The notes under the pieces: generated by a model | The model's input: only the letters and a program-made list of their open reading frames with translations | What the model was told of the DNA's origin: nothing | Databases searched by the model: none | Part shown: piece after piece, positions 13,421 through 25,500 of the stretch | Layout of the letters: each line of letters opens with the position of its first letter | Position numbering within the stretch: the stretch's first letter is position 1 | Translations under genes and position numbers: made by a program | NCBI GenBank assembly: GCA_030264375.1 | Contig: JASCQW010000146.1 | Location: 31,998,606 to 32,062,605, forward strand | Direction: 5' to 3' | DNA from: Carcharhinus longimanus | Lineage: Eukaryota | Length of the DNA: 64,000 nucleotides

Positions 13421-13856
13421 AATTGATCAGTGTGGAGAGTTAACAGCAACTGTGCAAAATCCACATGGCTGTCACTGCTTTTCACTCATGGAATGGGTTG
13501 GGGATTTGGGGGAAGGGGTGGGTGGGTGAGGGTGAATGAACAATAACAACCATTTTGATAAGACAGGAATGTCAGAAGCTGTGATGAAATTTAAATGCTG
13601 CTGCTGGATACAGTTTATGGGAACGTTCAAAAGAAAATGTGCAAACAGTTCACGTCATGGTTGGGAGTGTTTAATCTGCTGCAAAGGGATGGTGATTAAT
13701 TTTATCTTCTGGTCTGTCTGACTATTGCAAATCCAGCTGAAATAAGGAACACATTGCAAGATATTGATTCCTCCAGTAATCATGTCATACATTATTACAA
13801 CTGCTCCTTTCCAATAACACAAACATTACACTTCTAAAAATGGGTGTTTATCAATA

Positions 13857-14760
13857 GGCAGAATTTTCCGATTTTTTTTTCAATCCCAGCGTGAAAATCC
13901 AGAGAGAATCCCATCGGACTGCCTCCGATTTTGAAGTCCCAGCTGATGAGTGCTGCTACCCTCCCGTCTTGCAATCGGGGAACATGTTTGACACCTCTGC
14001 CCTGGAGAAGGCCTGTAAACCTTGGTGTTCAGTGCTTGGGGACTCAGCTCAGAAAGGATTAAATTGGCACGCTCAAGCATTGCAGGACTGACTAAATTGA
14101 CACAATTGGCTCCTCAAGGAAGGGTGAGGGAGTTTATTAGACGACTCGCCTCTCCCTGCAGCAGACCTGATTCCTGTTAATACAGCAATTTGTTGTCTCC
14201 TTCACCCTTAGATGGCACTCAACTTTAGATTATACAAGTGCCTCACCTCGAGCAGCCAGCCACCCAGACTTCATTCCCTGATGGCCTGGTCTCCATAACC
14301 AGTGGCTTTTCCCTTCCAGACAGCTCATGCCCTAAGGATGCATTTTGCAGCCTGAGGCTGGAGGTTCATTCTGACTGCTCTCGTCCTCCACCCCATGCGA
14401 GGGCCTCCTACCCACATGGAGCTGCTCAACATCACTGGTCAGAGTCCCTCACACTGCCCATGCAGCCTGGCATTTCAATGGGAACACACCCAAGGGGCAT
14501 CTCAGCCGCCCCCTGTGCTGAGGGAGGGGGGTGGGGAGCAGAGGGGGAAGTCCAGTCGAAGGGCTTGCTATGATATTGTAATGTACTTAAATGAGGTTCC
14601 AGACATACTGGGTGGGAACTTTGTTACATCATCAGTGAGGGGCATGGAGAATCAGGTAAAGTGATCTCGCTGGCGAGAATCATGTTTCCCGACTCCCTTG
14701 GGATTTTGCGCCTGCACTGCCATTCTCGCTGAAGGCTAACACGGGCTCAAAATTCTGCCC
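13857..14760. mobile_element. non-autonomous PIF/Harbinger-like DNA transposon
   Basis: TIR ggcagaatttt / aaaattctgcc. Confidence 0.65.
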
Positions 14761-14830
14761 TACCTTTTTGATTTTTGGTTACATTCTATGTAAAACAATC
14801 TATTTTTTTAAAAATATATTCCTTTCCTAG

Positions 14831-14861
14831 AGTTACAAAGCCAATGTGCAGAGCGGACAGG
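14831..14861 (+). pseudogene. candidate exon, 31 nt (phase 1->2)
   Basis: cctttcctag| and AGG|GTGAGC; open (E)LQSQCAERT(G); phase matches next exon. Confidence 0.55.
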
Positions 14862-14988
14862 GTGAGCCCTTAATCCATCTCCTTGCTTGCTTCAAAAAGC
14901 CACTCAAATTTAATCCAATTCATGGCTCCCACCAAAGGGCCATACTAGATCCAAGCTGACAAGAATGGAGATTAGACTTGAGCTCAAG

Positions 14989-15019
14989 CTTGATCTTAGC
15001 CAAAAGGCCAGGAAGTGAT
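14989..15019 (-). pseudogene. RNU2: U2 snRNA 5' fragment (nt 1-31)
   Basis: atcacttcctggccttttggctaagatcaag vs U2 ATCGCTTCTCGGCCTTTTGGCTAAGATCAAG, 28/31. Confidence 0.85.
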
Positions 15020-16337
15020 ATTCAGGAGATGCAGACAAAGCAGTGACCACCTCTTTTCATTTATTATAAGCAGGAATGAAGTGTGGGAAAATCAAGACTT
15101 TATGGTCAGAGTCCCTCTTGCGATGATCAATGATTTTGAACATTGACTTCTGTCATTCGCTAAAACCACGTCTGGAAGCCAAATATATATTGCAGCAATC
15201 CAGAGTTACAATGAACTATGAATTATCCTTTCATATACAAGTTAATTTGCTCAAAATAGGTTCAGGGTATTCTTTTGAGTTTGCTGCTCTCGCTGGTCTT
15301 AGCTAACTTGATATAAGTGGGTTAAATCATTTCTTTAAAAAATCAGTTCGAAAATATGGGTATCACTGGCTAGGCCAGCATTTACTGCCTATTCTTAATT
15401 ATTCTCAAATTGCCCTCGAGAATGGTGTGATGAGATACCTTCTTGAACTCCTGCAGTCCACATGGAGTCGACACTTTCTCAGTGCTTTCAAACAGCGTTA
15501 AGACAACAAAGACACAAAGTGCTATGCAAACACAAGCCGCTGTTGTTACTGAATAGAATTACTATAACTCTGAATGTGCCGAACATGGTTTGATGAATTG
15601 AAGAACTCTACCCTCTAATGATTTGACTTCTGCATGAGTGATATCATTGTGTAATTTCACCAACTGATCAAACATAGATTGAACTGCGTAAAAAGACTGT
15701 TTATAAAAGCAAGAAAAGATACTGCGTTCAGATAGCTGCCACGCGTCACCTGATATCTGCTTTTGCAAATTGACAAGTTTCTGGAAAGTTGTAGACATGC
15801 CCGTCCTCATGGAAGTTGACACCTGCTGATGTCAAGAACTACTTCAAAAGGATCTACTGGAAACTCTGCTGTCCTCAGATTTGCATTCCTAAAAGGCTCT
15901 CTCTCAAGTGGAGACAGACGGTGTTCTTTTGACTGTGCTCACCCCAGGGCCGGGAAATCCAACTGAGGTCAATGAACCTTTACATGTTCCGTGTCCCGCC
16001 TGCTGTGGTGGGTGGGACGGGAAAAATACGCCCACAAAATCTGTCAGGATAACAGCTCTATGGAAAGTTGTTCTTTCTGTCGCATCCAGATAGATAGCGG
16101 GTATTCAGGAGCACAGAATCTGAACACCTCGAACATGGTTTGAAGAATTGAAGGACTCAGCCCTCAACCAGGGAACAATAGCCGTTGACTGTTTAGAAGT
16201 CAGCTATGCAAATTCTTCTGAAATTGTTATGGGGAGAGAGGTCATGTGGCTGGAGTAATCATTCTTTGAAATCTCTGTTAATTCAACACATGGGCTGCTG
16301 AAACAGGAGTCTGGAAAAACCTGTTAATGGGGCCGTA

Positions 16338-16567
16338 ATATAGAATCAAAGAATCTAAAGAATCAGTGCAGAAGGAAGCAATTTAGCCCATCAAGCCTGC
16401 ACTAACTCTCCAACAGAGCATCTTACCCAGGCCCACCCACCCTCCTGTCTTATCACAGTAACCAGTAACTCTATTTATTGTCTCATAAATTGTCATATCC
16501 TACACATCTTGCAACACTCAGGAACAATTTAGCATGGCAAGCTCACCAAACCTGCACATCCTTGGAC
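16338..16567 (-). mobile_element. HE1-type SINE 3' half, tail type A
   Basis: tagaatc...cagtgcagaagg...cccatcaagcctgcac...cctgcacatc. Confidence 0.75.
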
Positions 16568-17001
16568 TTTTCTCCCTTTTCTTCTCCCTCAAATCAAGGC
16601 CCTGGCTGGAAGTTTCTTGCCTTTCTTATGAGTAGGATTATCTGGTCTCATTGCAGTGGACAGAGGTTGGGTTAGACACCACATTCTCCATTCTCATGGG
16701 CAGTGGAGGTAGAATTCCGGCCCGTTGTCCCGATTCCAGTTTAAAATCTGACATAGAGATAGAGGTCGAAAGGAACGCCACGTGCAAAAATAATTGAATT
16801 ACTGGAAATAAGGGTTCATGTTTTGAAAAGAGCTTGCCTCTGGAAATTGTAGCTTGTTATGGGTTTAAACTGCTGAAATCTCAGGATTGTTGTGGAGAAA
16901 AATCTGTTAGAGTCAAGTAATGAACCGTCCATTTATTTATCTTTGCTCTGAATTTTAATTGGTCTAAAAAAGTAATGACCTATCGTATTACTTCCAATTC
17001 C

Positions 17002-17150
17002 GTGTGTTTGTGTGCATGCTCATGTGCACGTGTATGTGTGCATGCGCATACGCATGCATGTGTGCATAGATGCATGTGCACAGTTGTGCATGCGAGCGCG
17101 CGTGCACATGTGAGTGTGTGTGTGTATGCGTGTGCGCGCGTACATGTATG
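17002..17150. repeat. alternating purine-pyrimidine microsatellite (TG/CA/CG)
   Basis: About 150 bp of gtgtgcatgcgcatacgc... Confidence 0.9.
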
Positions 17151-17247
17151 TTGTGAAGGTCAGGCACAAATTTATCTTTTCAACTTCTTATATATTTGTC
17201 TTGGTGTGTTTTGAACTCAATAAAAATCTCACTGCTTTTTGTTTCAG

Positions 17248-17311
17248 ACTAAAGGAAGCTGCCAAACTGAGCTTCTATGCAGTCACTACGTGCAATGACG
17301 CAGCGCAGATC
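17248..17311 (+). pseudogene. candidate exon, 64 nt (phase 2->0)
   Basis: ctcactgctttttgtttcag| and ATC|GTAAGT; open LKEAAKLSFYAVTTCNDAAQI; CpG retained. Confidence 0.7.
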
Positions 17312-17646
17312 GTAAGTTAATAAATTCACCCTTACAAATTAAAATAAAAAACCCATTTACGATCAGACTTGGAGTGGTGTGAGAGAAGGTCTTTACCCCT
17401 CTTCACATAGCCGTAATAAAACAAAGAACATTATACAACTTTGCTTCCATCCCAAAACCGGCTCCGCATTTTTCTAATGAGGTATAAGCCAAGTGGGATT
17501 TCAGATTAATAAAATGTGTTTCTTGGGCACACCTTGGGACAAATGTATAACCTCAGAGTAACATTTGCAATGCAAACTGTGAATTTCATGCCCTTGTCAC
17601 ATAAATATCAACTCCTGTCAAAACTGAAAAAGATTAATTCCAGCTT

Positions 17647-17719
17647 GGGGAATTAGCTCAAATGGTGCAGCGCTCGCTTAGCATGTAAATGGTAGTGCGA
17701 TCGATACCCACATTCTCCT
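17647..17719 (+). tRNA. tRNA-Ala(AGC) pseudogene
   Basis: ggggaattagctcaaatggt...cgctcgcttagcatg...gatcgatacccacattctcc matches vertebrate tRNA-Ala-AGC; substitutions break the anticodon and T stems. Confidence 0.85.
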
Positions 17720-17730
17720 TGCCTCTGTAC

Positions 17731-17972
17731 TTGGCACAGTGGTTAGCACTGCTGCCTCACAGCATAAGGGACCAGTGTTTGATTCCCGGCTGGGTCTCTG
17801 TCTGTGCAGACTCTGCACTTTCTCCTCGTGTCTGCGTGGGTTTCCTCTGGATCCTCCAGTTTCCTCCACAATCCAAAAGACGTGCTGGTTAGGTGCATTG
17901 GCCATACTAAATCCTCCCTCAGTGTGCCTGAACAGGCACTGGTGTGGCAACTAGGGGATTTTCACAGTAACT
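17731..17972 (+). mobile_element. HE1-type V-SINE, tail type B
   Basis: ggcacagtggttagcactgctgcctcacag head; truncated by next copy. Confidence 0.9.
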
Positions 17973-18282
17973 AGGCCACACGGTGGTTAGCACTGCTGCC
18001 TTACAGTGCCAGGGACCCGGTTTCAATTCCTTGGATCACTGCCTGCGTGAGGTTGCACATTCCCGCTGTTTCTGTGTGGGCTTCCTCTGGTGCTCCGGCT
18101 TCCTCTCATATTTCAAAGGTGTGCAGGTTCAGTTGATTGGCTATGCGAACCTGAGATGAGTGTCAGGGGGATTAATAAGGAAAATATGTAGTGCTATGGC
18201 AATAGGGCCTGGGTGGGATTGTGTTCAGTACAGATCTGATCGCCTGAATGGCCTCCTTCTGTACTGTAGGATTTTATGATTC
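17973..18282 (+). mobile_element. HE1-type V-SINE, tail type A
   Basis: Head, V-domain, aatggcctccttctgtactgtagg tail. Confidence 0.9.
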
Positions 18283-18544
18283 CAACAGAAAGTACACATT
18301 CTCTTTGTGGATGCAGTATTGAGTTTTATCTCACACAGTGACATTTTCCACTTTTTTTTGTTCTAACATCAAGTCAAATGGACACTAAAAAAAAGGAATT
18401 CCAATATTTTTCCTCACTACTCTGTTGAAACTTTGAATTGAGGTTTTTTTTTCTAAAATGGTCAATGACACCATTTTGCTTTGTGTTGTGCTCAAAAGGT
18501 AAACAGGAATAAAAAGCAAATCAGTAATTCTAAAGTTTTTAAAG

Positions 18545-18800
18545 TGTATTTGTTTGTCACGAGTAAGGCTCATATTAACACTGCAATGAAGTTACTGTGA
18601 AATTCTCCTCGTCGCCACAGTCCAGCGCCTGTTCGGGTCAATGACCTAACCAGCATGTCCTTCAGAATATGGGAGGAAACCAGAGCACCCGAAGGAAACC
18701 CACGCAGACACGGGAGAATGTACAAACTCCACACAGACAGTGACCCAAGCTGGGAATCGAACCCGGATCCCTGGCGCAGTGCTAACCACTGTGCTACCGT
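18545..18800 (-). mobile_element. HE1-type V-SINE, tail type B
   Basis: Reverse copy with internal deletion. Confidence 0.9.
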
Positions 18801-19353
18801 AAATTCTGCAAACAGGACGCTGTCCCATCAGATGAGAAATGGGTTTGAAATCATGCCCATTTCAAGCTACTAAATATATTGCAGTCAACTTCAAATAACA
18901 CATAAGAAGGTGAAACTGGATACAAGGTAGGAACATATGGGGAGGTTGGAATGACAGCAACACTGCCAGTGATGTTCCAGTGGCTTTTCAGTGTTATCTC
19001 ATCCCCAAGGTGTGATAATCCTTCAAAATACTTGTTTTGTGGATTAATTCCTTTTCCACATTTCAGAAAGCATTTGTTTTTATTTGGCTGATCACAGCTA
19101 TCAGGTCAGACAAAAATGATATTCTGTCATGTTCATTCATATCAAATTTAATGGCATAAATACCATACACTGTCTACACATTATATTACAATGGGCAGCT
19201 ATTTCCACACATTACCAGGTGATAGTTCAAATACATCTGAAACGGAAAATAGACTTATTAATATCAAATCGGTCTTGGAATTACTGCCTTGATTTTGTTA
19301 CCTACAGCTAACCTCTCAACAAAAATTTATATTGAGCAGATTTTTTTTTTTAA

Positions 19354-19880
19354 ATTCATTCGTAGGACATGGGCACTGCTGGCTGACTAGCATTCATTGC
19401 CCATCCCCTAACTGCCCTTGAGAAGGTGGTGGTGAGCTGCCTTCTTAAGCTGCTGCAGTCTAGTTGACCCACAATGCCGCTAGGGAGGGAATTCCAGGTT
19501 TTTGACCCAGTGACTGTGGAAGAACAGTGATTTACTTCCAAGGCAGGGTGGTGAGTGGCTTGGTGGGGAACTTGCAGGTGGTAGTGTTCCCATGGTATCT
19601 GTTGCCCATGTTCCTCTAGATGGAACTTGTCATGGGTTTGGAAGGTGCCGTCTAAGGATTTTTAGTGAATTTCTGCAGTGCATCTAAGTATAAATTTATT
19701 TATTACTGTCACAAGTAGGCTTACAGTAACATTGCGATGAAGCTACTGTGAAAATCGCCTAGTCGCCACACTCCGGTGCCTGTTTGGGTACACCGATGGA
19801 ATATTTAGCATGGCCAATGCACCTAACCAGCACATTTTTCAGATCTTGTAGATAGTACACATTGCTGCTATTGATGGATT
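19354..19880 (-). mobile_element. CR1-group LINE 3' end with nested HE1 tail-B fragment (19692-19842)
   Basis: attgcccatccc...gcccttgagaaggtggtggtgagctgccttctt; sequence resumes after the SINE (atcttgtagatagtacac). Confidence 0.75.
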
Positions 19881-20019
19881 TAACTTGCAGATAACTTTTC
19901 TTTTTGTTATGCAGCTGAATGTGAGTGATAATGGGCAGTGGGCGGTCAACCATACCTGAAGGTATATCGCATCTTCTGACACTCGCAACACTGTGGTTTT
20001 CATTTTTAATGGTTAAAGG

Positions 20020-20685
20020 AAAGGATTTTAATTCATGCATCAACTCTCATGCGCCTCCAGGACAGTTCAAAGAGCTTCAGAGCCAATTAAGTACTTTCAA
20101 AGTGAAGTCACGATAGTTATCGTAGTGAATGTGACTGTTAATATGGTAAAAAGTCTCACAACACCAGGTTCAAGTCCAACAAGTTTATTTGATAGTAAAC
20201 CCACAAGCTTTTGGGATTTGCCCCTTCATCAGGTAAGTGGAGTGTTCTGGTCTCAAACAGAGCATATAAAGGCTGGTGTTGTGAGACTTCTTGCTGTGTT
20301 TACCCCAGTCCAATGCCAGCATCTCCATCTCCATCTCACAGTTAATATGGGCAGAGAGGTGGTCCTATAAACAATCCTGTGATATATGACCCCCAGATAA
20401 TATTTTTGAGTGATGTTCGCTGAGGAATAATTAATGGTGAGGACACCGGGGAGAACTTTGCCACTCTCCTTTGAATGGTGCCAGAGGATGCTTTGCATCC
20501 AGCTGACAGAGCAGATGGGATCACAGTTTAATACTTCGTCCAAACGACGGCACTTCTAACAGTGCCATGTTCCTTCAATGCTGCTCTCAAGCATTAACCT
20601 GGATCATGTGTTCAAATCCCTGGGCTTGTATCCAGGACCTTCTGCCTCAGGGTTGAGAGTGGTACCACTCAGCCAAGACTGATAC
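20020..20685 (-). mobile_element. DeuSINE (SacSINE1-like) interrupted by Penelope pLTR unit 20147-20335
   Basis: Deu-domain in reverse: aggacaccggggagaac...gtttaat...cgtccaaacgacggcac. Confidence 0.8.
20147..20335. mobile_element. Penelope pLTR-derived inverted unit (family A) with decayed hammerhead (20202-20234, minus)
   Basis: aagtctcacaacaccag / ctggtgttgtgagactt inverted ends. Confidence 0.8.
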
Positions 20686-21186
20686 CTAAAAATTATGAAG
20701 AAATGAAATATTAACTGCACCCTGGAACTTCAATATTGCAAATATAATTAGAATAAACCTTTCCCTGGAGCTTGCCGTGGCACACTGCACTCAGTGGTGC
20801 AACCAAAGTGTAGATTCGATGAATCTTTAATAAGGTCAGTGGTCCATGAGTTTGCAATAAACGGTTTGACTTTAACACAACACTGCTTCGTGCCGAGCCA
20901 TAATACTCTGAACTATTGTTTTACTTCATCATTATTTTCAAAATGGGATGCCGTGATGGAATGATACAATCAAAATTGTCAGGGAAAGGTCAGCGCTGAC
21001 AAGACATGGAGAACAATTCCAATAATGTCATCTTAAAATAAAGAAAAGGACGCATCACAAAGTAAAGACACTGCAGAATAAGCATAATAAGGAGTGTGTA
21101 TGCCTCAGGCTCGAATATGGACATGAGGAAATCCAGAGATTAAATTACAAATTTACATGTAGAATTTTGCCTACAAACTTATTTTT

Positions 21187-21487
21187 GAATCACAGAATCT
21201 TGGAATCCCTACAGTGCAGCAGGAGGCCATTTGACCCATTGAGCCTGCATCAACAACAATTCCACCCAGGCTCTATCCCTGTAACCTCGTGTATTTACTC
21301 TGCTCATCCCCCTGACCCTAAGGGGAAATTTAGCATGGCCAATCCATCTAACCTGCACATCTTTGGACTGTGGGAGGAAACTGGAGCACCCGCTGGAAAC
21401 CCATACAGACACGGAGAGAACGTGCAAACTCCACACGGACAGTGACCCAAAGCTGGAATTGAACCCAGGTCCCTGGTGTTGTGAGGA
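21187..21487 (-). mobile_element. HE1-type V-SINE, tail type A
   Basis: Reverse copy. Confidence 0.9.
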
Positions 21488-21884
21488 AAAATGTCATGGT
21501 TATGGTCAATTTGCATTTATTTATAATCAATGCATAAAATTTCACTAGGTATCCAATTTGTTGTATGTCCTGCAGTGCACAGCAAAATCGTCAAGAATTA
21601 GCATTTAACGTACGATTGTAGTTTTGCAGCCTACGTCACCCCACCCCCTTCCCCGCGGCATGTTTTGCGGGATGGAGATTGCCTGCCATTGACCGGTGGT
21701 GGGATCTTCCAGTCCTGCCACTGTCCAAGGGGTTTCCCATTGTTTGCAGTTTCCGCCAGAGATTCCGCAGCAAGGTGAGGGGTTAGGGGTGTGGGGGTCG
21801 CAATGGGATATTACTTCCTGCTATTCGAACAAGCAAGTGCTACAGCTGTAAAAAACCCTTTGTGCTGCTCACATTCTTGCACAG

Positions 21885-21997
21885 ATTGTTTTGTTGCAAA
21901 TCACAAAGTTAAGGATGATACTTGGTCTGTAGACGAGAGTTTTGGTGACGGAAACTTGTTATTAATATATCCAGTTTAAACAAATGAGTTGCCCAAG
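21885..21997 (+). pseudogene. candidate decayed exon, 113 nt (phase 1->0)
   Basis: ctcacattcttgcacag|; (D)CFVANHKVKDDTWSVDESFGDGNLLLIYPV*TNELPK; weak donor AAG|GTGTAT. Confidence 0.45.
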
Positions 21998-22014
21998 GTG
22001 TATCACAGGAGTAG

Positions 22015-22560
22015 CTCAGCTGGAGTATCGTGCACAGCTGTGAGTGCCATATTCCAGGCTGAATGTGAACATGTTAGAGAGAGTGCAAAAGAGGTTTGCA
22101 AGAACGGTTCCAGGGATGAAAAACTTCAGTTGTCAGGGTGGATTGGAGAGGTTGGGACTATTCTCCTTGGAGAGAAAAAGACTACAAAGACATCTCATAG
22201 AGATGTTCAAAATCAGAAGGGGGACGGAGAGGGAAGAAACTGTTCCCTCTTGTAAAAGAGTAAAGGATAAGTGGGTACGGATTTAAAGTGATTTGCAAAA
22301 GGAGGAAGCGTGACGTGAGGAAAAAGCTCTCACACAGCGAATGGTTCTGGTCTGGAATGTGCTGCCTCAAAGTGTGCTGGAAGCAAGTTCAACTGCGGTA
22401 TTCAAAAGGGCATTCGATGATGAACTGAATAGAAACAATGTGCATGAGTATGGGGAAAAGGCAGGGGACTGGCACTGAGTCATGATGCTCATTTAAAGAG
22501 CAAGTGCAGACTTGATGGGCCAAAAGGCCTCTATCTGTGCTGTAACAGTTCCGTGATTCT
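22015..22560 (+). mobile_element. CR1 LINE 3' fragment
   Basis: LERVQKRFARTVPG...LERLGLFSLERKRL...LIEMFKI (CR1 ORF2 C-terminus). Confidence 0.9.
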
Positions 22561-22569
22561 GATTATTGC

Positions 22570-23516
22570 AAAACATAATATTCCATTAAAGCAGCCTTCA
22601 ACGCCATTACTCCGACAAAACTCATCTCCAAACTCTGTGGTCTAGGGCTCAGCTCCTCCCTCTGCAACTAGATCCTGAACTTCCTAACCCATAGACTGCA
22701 ATCAGTAAGGATAGGCAACAATTCCTCCTCTCTGATTATCCTCAACACCAGTGCCCCACAAGGCTGTGTCCTCAGCCCTTTACAACATCTCTCCCTCAAT
22801 GTCAACAAAACGTAGGAGACGGTCACTGATTTTAGGCAGTATAGTGGAGAATATGCCCCTATCTACATCAATGGGAATGAAGTAGGAATGGTCAAGACCT
22901 TCAAGTTTTTGTGTGTTCAGATCACCAACAAACTGTCATGGTCCCTCCATGCCGACATTATTGCTAAGAACCAACACTTCTACTTTCTCAGAAAACTAAG
23001 AAAATTTGGCATGTCTGCTATGACTCTCACCAATTTTTACAGATGCACCATAGAAANNNNNNNNNNTGGTTGTATCACACTTGGTATGACTCCCACTCTA
23101 ACCAATACCACAGGAAACAACAGAGTTATGAGCCCAGTCCATCACTCAAACCAGCCTCCCATTTATTGACTCCATCTATACTTCCCACTGCCTCAGAAAA
23201 GCAGCCAGAGTAATTCACAACTCCACAAACCCTGGACATTCTCTTTTTTTACCTTTTTCCATCAGGAAAAAGATGCAAAAGTCTGAGGTCACATACCAAC
23301 TGTCTCAAGAGCAGCTTCTTCCCTGCTGCCATCAGACTTTGAATAGACCTATCTTGCACTAAGTTGATCTTTCTCTACACCCTAGCTATGACTGTAACAC
23401 TACATTATGCAGTCTCTCCTTTCCTTCTCTATGAACGGTATGCTTTGTCTGCAGAGCACGCAAGAAACAATGCTTTTCACTGTGTACTAATACACGTGAC
23501 AGTAATAAATCAAATC
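22570..23516 (+). mobile_element. Rex1/Babar LINE fragment (RT and 3' UTR)
   Basis: AFN.I.PTKLISKL...APQGCVLSP...FKFL.VQIT..LSWS.H...YFLRKLRKFGMS. Confidence 0.9.
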
Positions 23517-23582
23517 ACTATATTATCCTTTATTCAGTTGATTTGCATTTGAATAATGGAGACCCTTTGCGGGATGAAGGTT

Positions 23583-23932
23583 GGGCCTAGTGGCATTGTT
23601 GCTAGACTATTATTCAGAAACTCAGCTAACGTTCTGGTGACCTAGGTTCGAATCCTGCCACAGCAGATGTGGAAGCTGAATTTAATAAAAAAAATTAAAA
23701 ATAAGAATCTACTGATGACTATGAAACTATTGTTGATTGTTGCAAAAACCCACATGGTTCGTTCATGTCCTTCAGGGAAGAAAATCTGCCTGTCTTGACT
23801 TGGGTCTGGCCAACAGGTGACTCCAGAGCCACAGCAATGCGGTTGACTCACAACTGCTCTCCAAGGGCAACTAGGAGTGGGCAATAAATGCTGGCCAGCC
23901 AGTGATGCCCATGTCCCATGAAGAAATAAAAA
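23583..23932 (+). mobile_element. tRNA-derived SINE family 2
   Basis: B-box ggttcgaatcc; tail gggcaataaatgctggccagccagtgatgcccatgtcccatga. Confidence 0.85.
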
Positions 23933-24219
23933 TATTGCCTATCCCGAATGGCCCTCGATTTAAGACGGCATCTGAAAGTCAACCACATTGATGTGAGTTT
24001 GGAGTCGCATGTAGCCAAGACAGGTTGAGATTGAATATATACCTTAGTTCTAGCCTTCCAGTCAATGGTCCAGTGCTTGAGCTGTGCTGATGTATTAGGT
24101 TGTATTGGATTTGTTCACTCTGCATAAACTCTAAACTAATTGAGTACATTTCCTAAACAATCCTTGGAGCTGCCAAGTGTACGGCGATCCTAAATTTCAA
24201 TACCTCTGTCCTTCGAAAG

Positions 24220-24650
24220 ATTCGGTCACCCAAGGATACGATCAAATTGAAATGTCTGGACTGAATAAAATGTTCAGGTTTTCATAGTTTTATGTAACTT
24301 TACCCAATACACTGAATCCCCAAGAGTACAGCTGCCATGTTGATATATCACCAAGGCCAATTAATTATTCGCACACCATCACATCTGTGGATTGTCCCCA
24401 GGTTGAGATTGTTGAACAGCCAAGGGAAGCGATGTTGGCTTTTTACAAGATTGAAGGTACGACTGGAATGTTATGGTCTGAGCGAAACTGTTTTCTCTGC
24501 GAGCGAGCATCGTGCGATTTATAAACTTCAACGTGATTCTTTGATCAATTCTGAGATGCAGAGTGGTTTTTCTACGTGCTGTTGTGGTTACAAAAATTAT
24601 CAGTAATGACCAAGGAAAGGCACTGATAAGCTGCTGAAATCCAAAGGCAA
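24220..24650 (+). pseudogene. candidate large decayed exon (phase 1 start)
   Basis: About 100 codons with one stop: (D)SVTQGYDQIEMSGLNKMFRFS*FYVTLPNTLNPQEYSCHVDISPRP...LCERASCDL; CpG-rich; 3' end uncertain. Confidence 0.5.
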
Positions 24651-24887
24651 ATAATAAGCCTTAACACTCTGCAATTAGGAACCTGTTGCCAACTAAACCA
24701 CCAGCAACTAAGTTAAATTGGATTACTCTGCAAGGTCACTCTAATATTCTTTCAGTAAATTGAAATCCTCAGTAGATTCATAAAAAGAAACTATAAAAAG
24801 ATTCAACTAATCAGCAGCATATCAGGACAGAGAAATTGTCTTTCAGTCTCCTATGATTCCAATATCTTTTTTTTCCTTTTAATTCAG

Positions 24888-24933
24888 GTTTGTAAGAATA
24901 TGAATATACATCCTTTAGAGTATTCTGAAAGAG
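24888..24933 (+). pseudogene. candidate exon, 46 nt (phase 0->1)
   Basis: Long polypyrimidine tract + cag|; open VCKNMNIHPLEYSER; donor GAG|GTGACA. Confidence 0.55.
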
Positions 24934-25057
24934 GTGACATGCTCTATCACAATGTGATGAATCTGTGGTTATGGGGCATGCCTTCCTTTCCAGCTATGTT
25001 CATAAATTTGTGAAAACACATTTAGAAATGTTCATGTGCTCATATCAACAAACTTTC

Positions 25058-25500
25058 AAGTTTATTTTATCAGTGTCACAAGTAGGCTTACATTAACATT
25101 GTAATATGTTATTGTGAAAATCCCCTTGTCGCCACATATCAGTGCCTGTTCGGGTACACCGAGGGAGAATTTAGCGTGCCCAATGAACCTAACCAGAACA
25201 TCTTTTGGACTGTGGGAGGAAACCGGAGCACCCAGAGGAAACTCATGCAGACATTGGAAGAACATACAGACTCTNNNNNNNNNNNNNNNNNNNNNNNNNN
25301 NNNNNNNNNNNNNNNNNNNNNNNNNNNNNNNNNNNNNNNNNNNNNNNNNNNNNNNNNNNNNNNNNNNNNNNNNNACACCAGGTTTAAGTCCAACCGATTT
25401 ATTTGATAGTAAACTCACTAGCTTTTGAGGTTTCCCTCTTCTTCAGGTGAACCTGAAGAAGACTTTTTGCTGTGATGCATCATTGTGCCACCGTGCCACC
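25058..25500 (-). mobile_element. HE1-type V-SINE (tail B) with gap and nested Penelope pLTR fragment 25375-25462
   Basis: Reverse SINE; tcttcttcaggtgaacctgaagaaga back-to-back core palindrome. Confidence 0.8.

Noticed and set aside
19940-19995. 5S rRNA-derived head (ccatacctga...catcttctgacactcgcaac)
   Set aside because: Similarity too short and gapped to support
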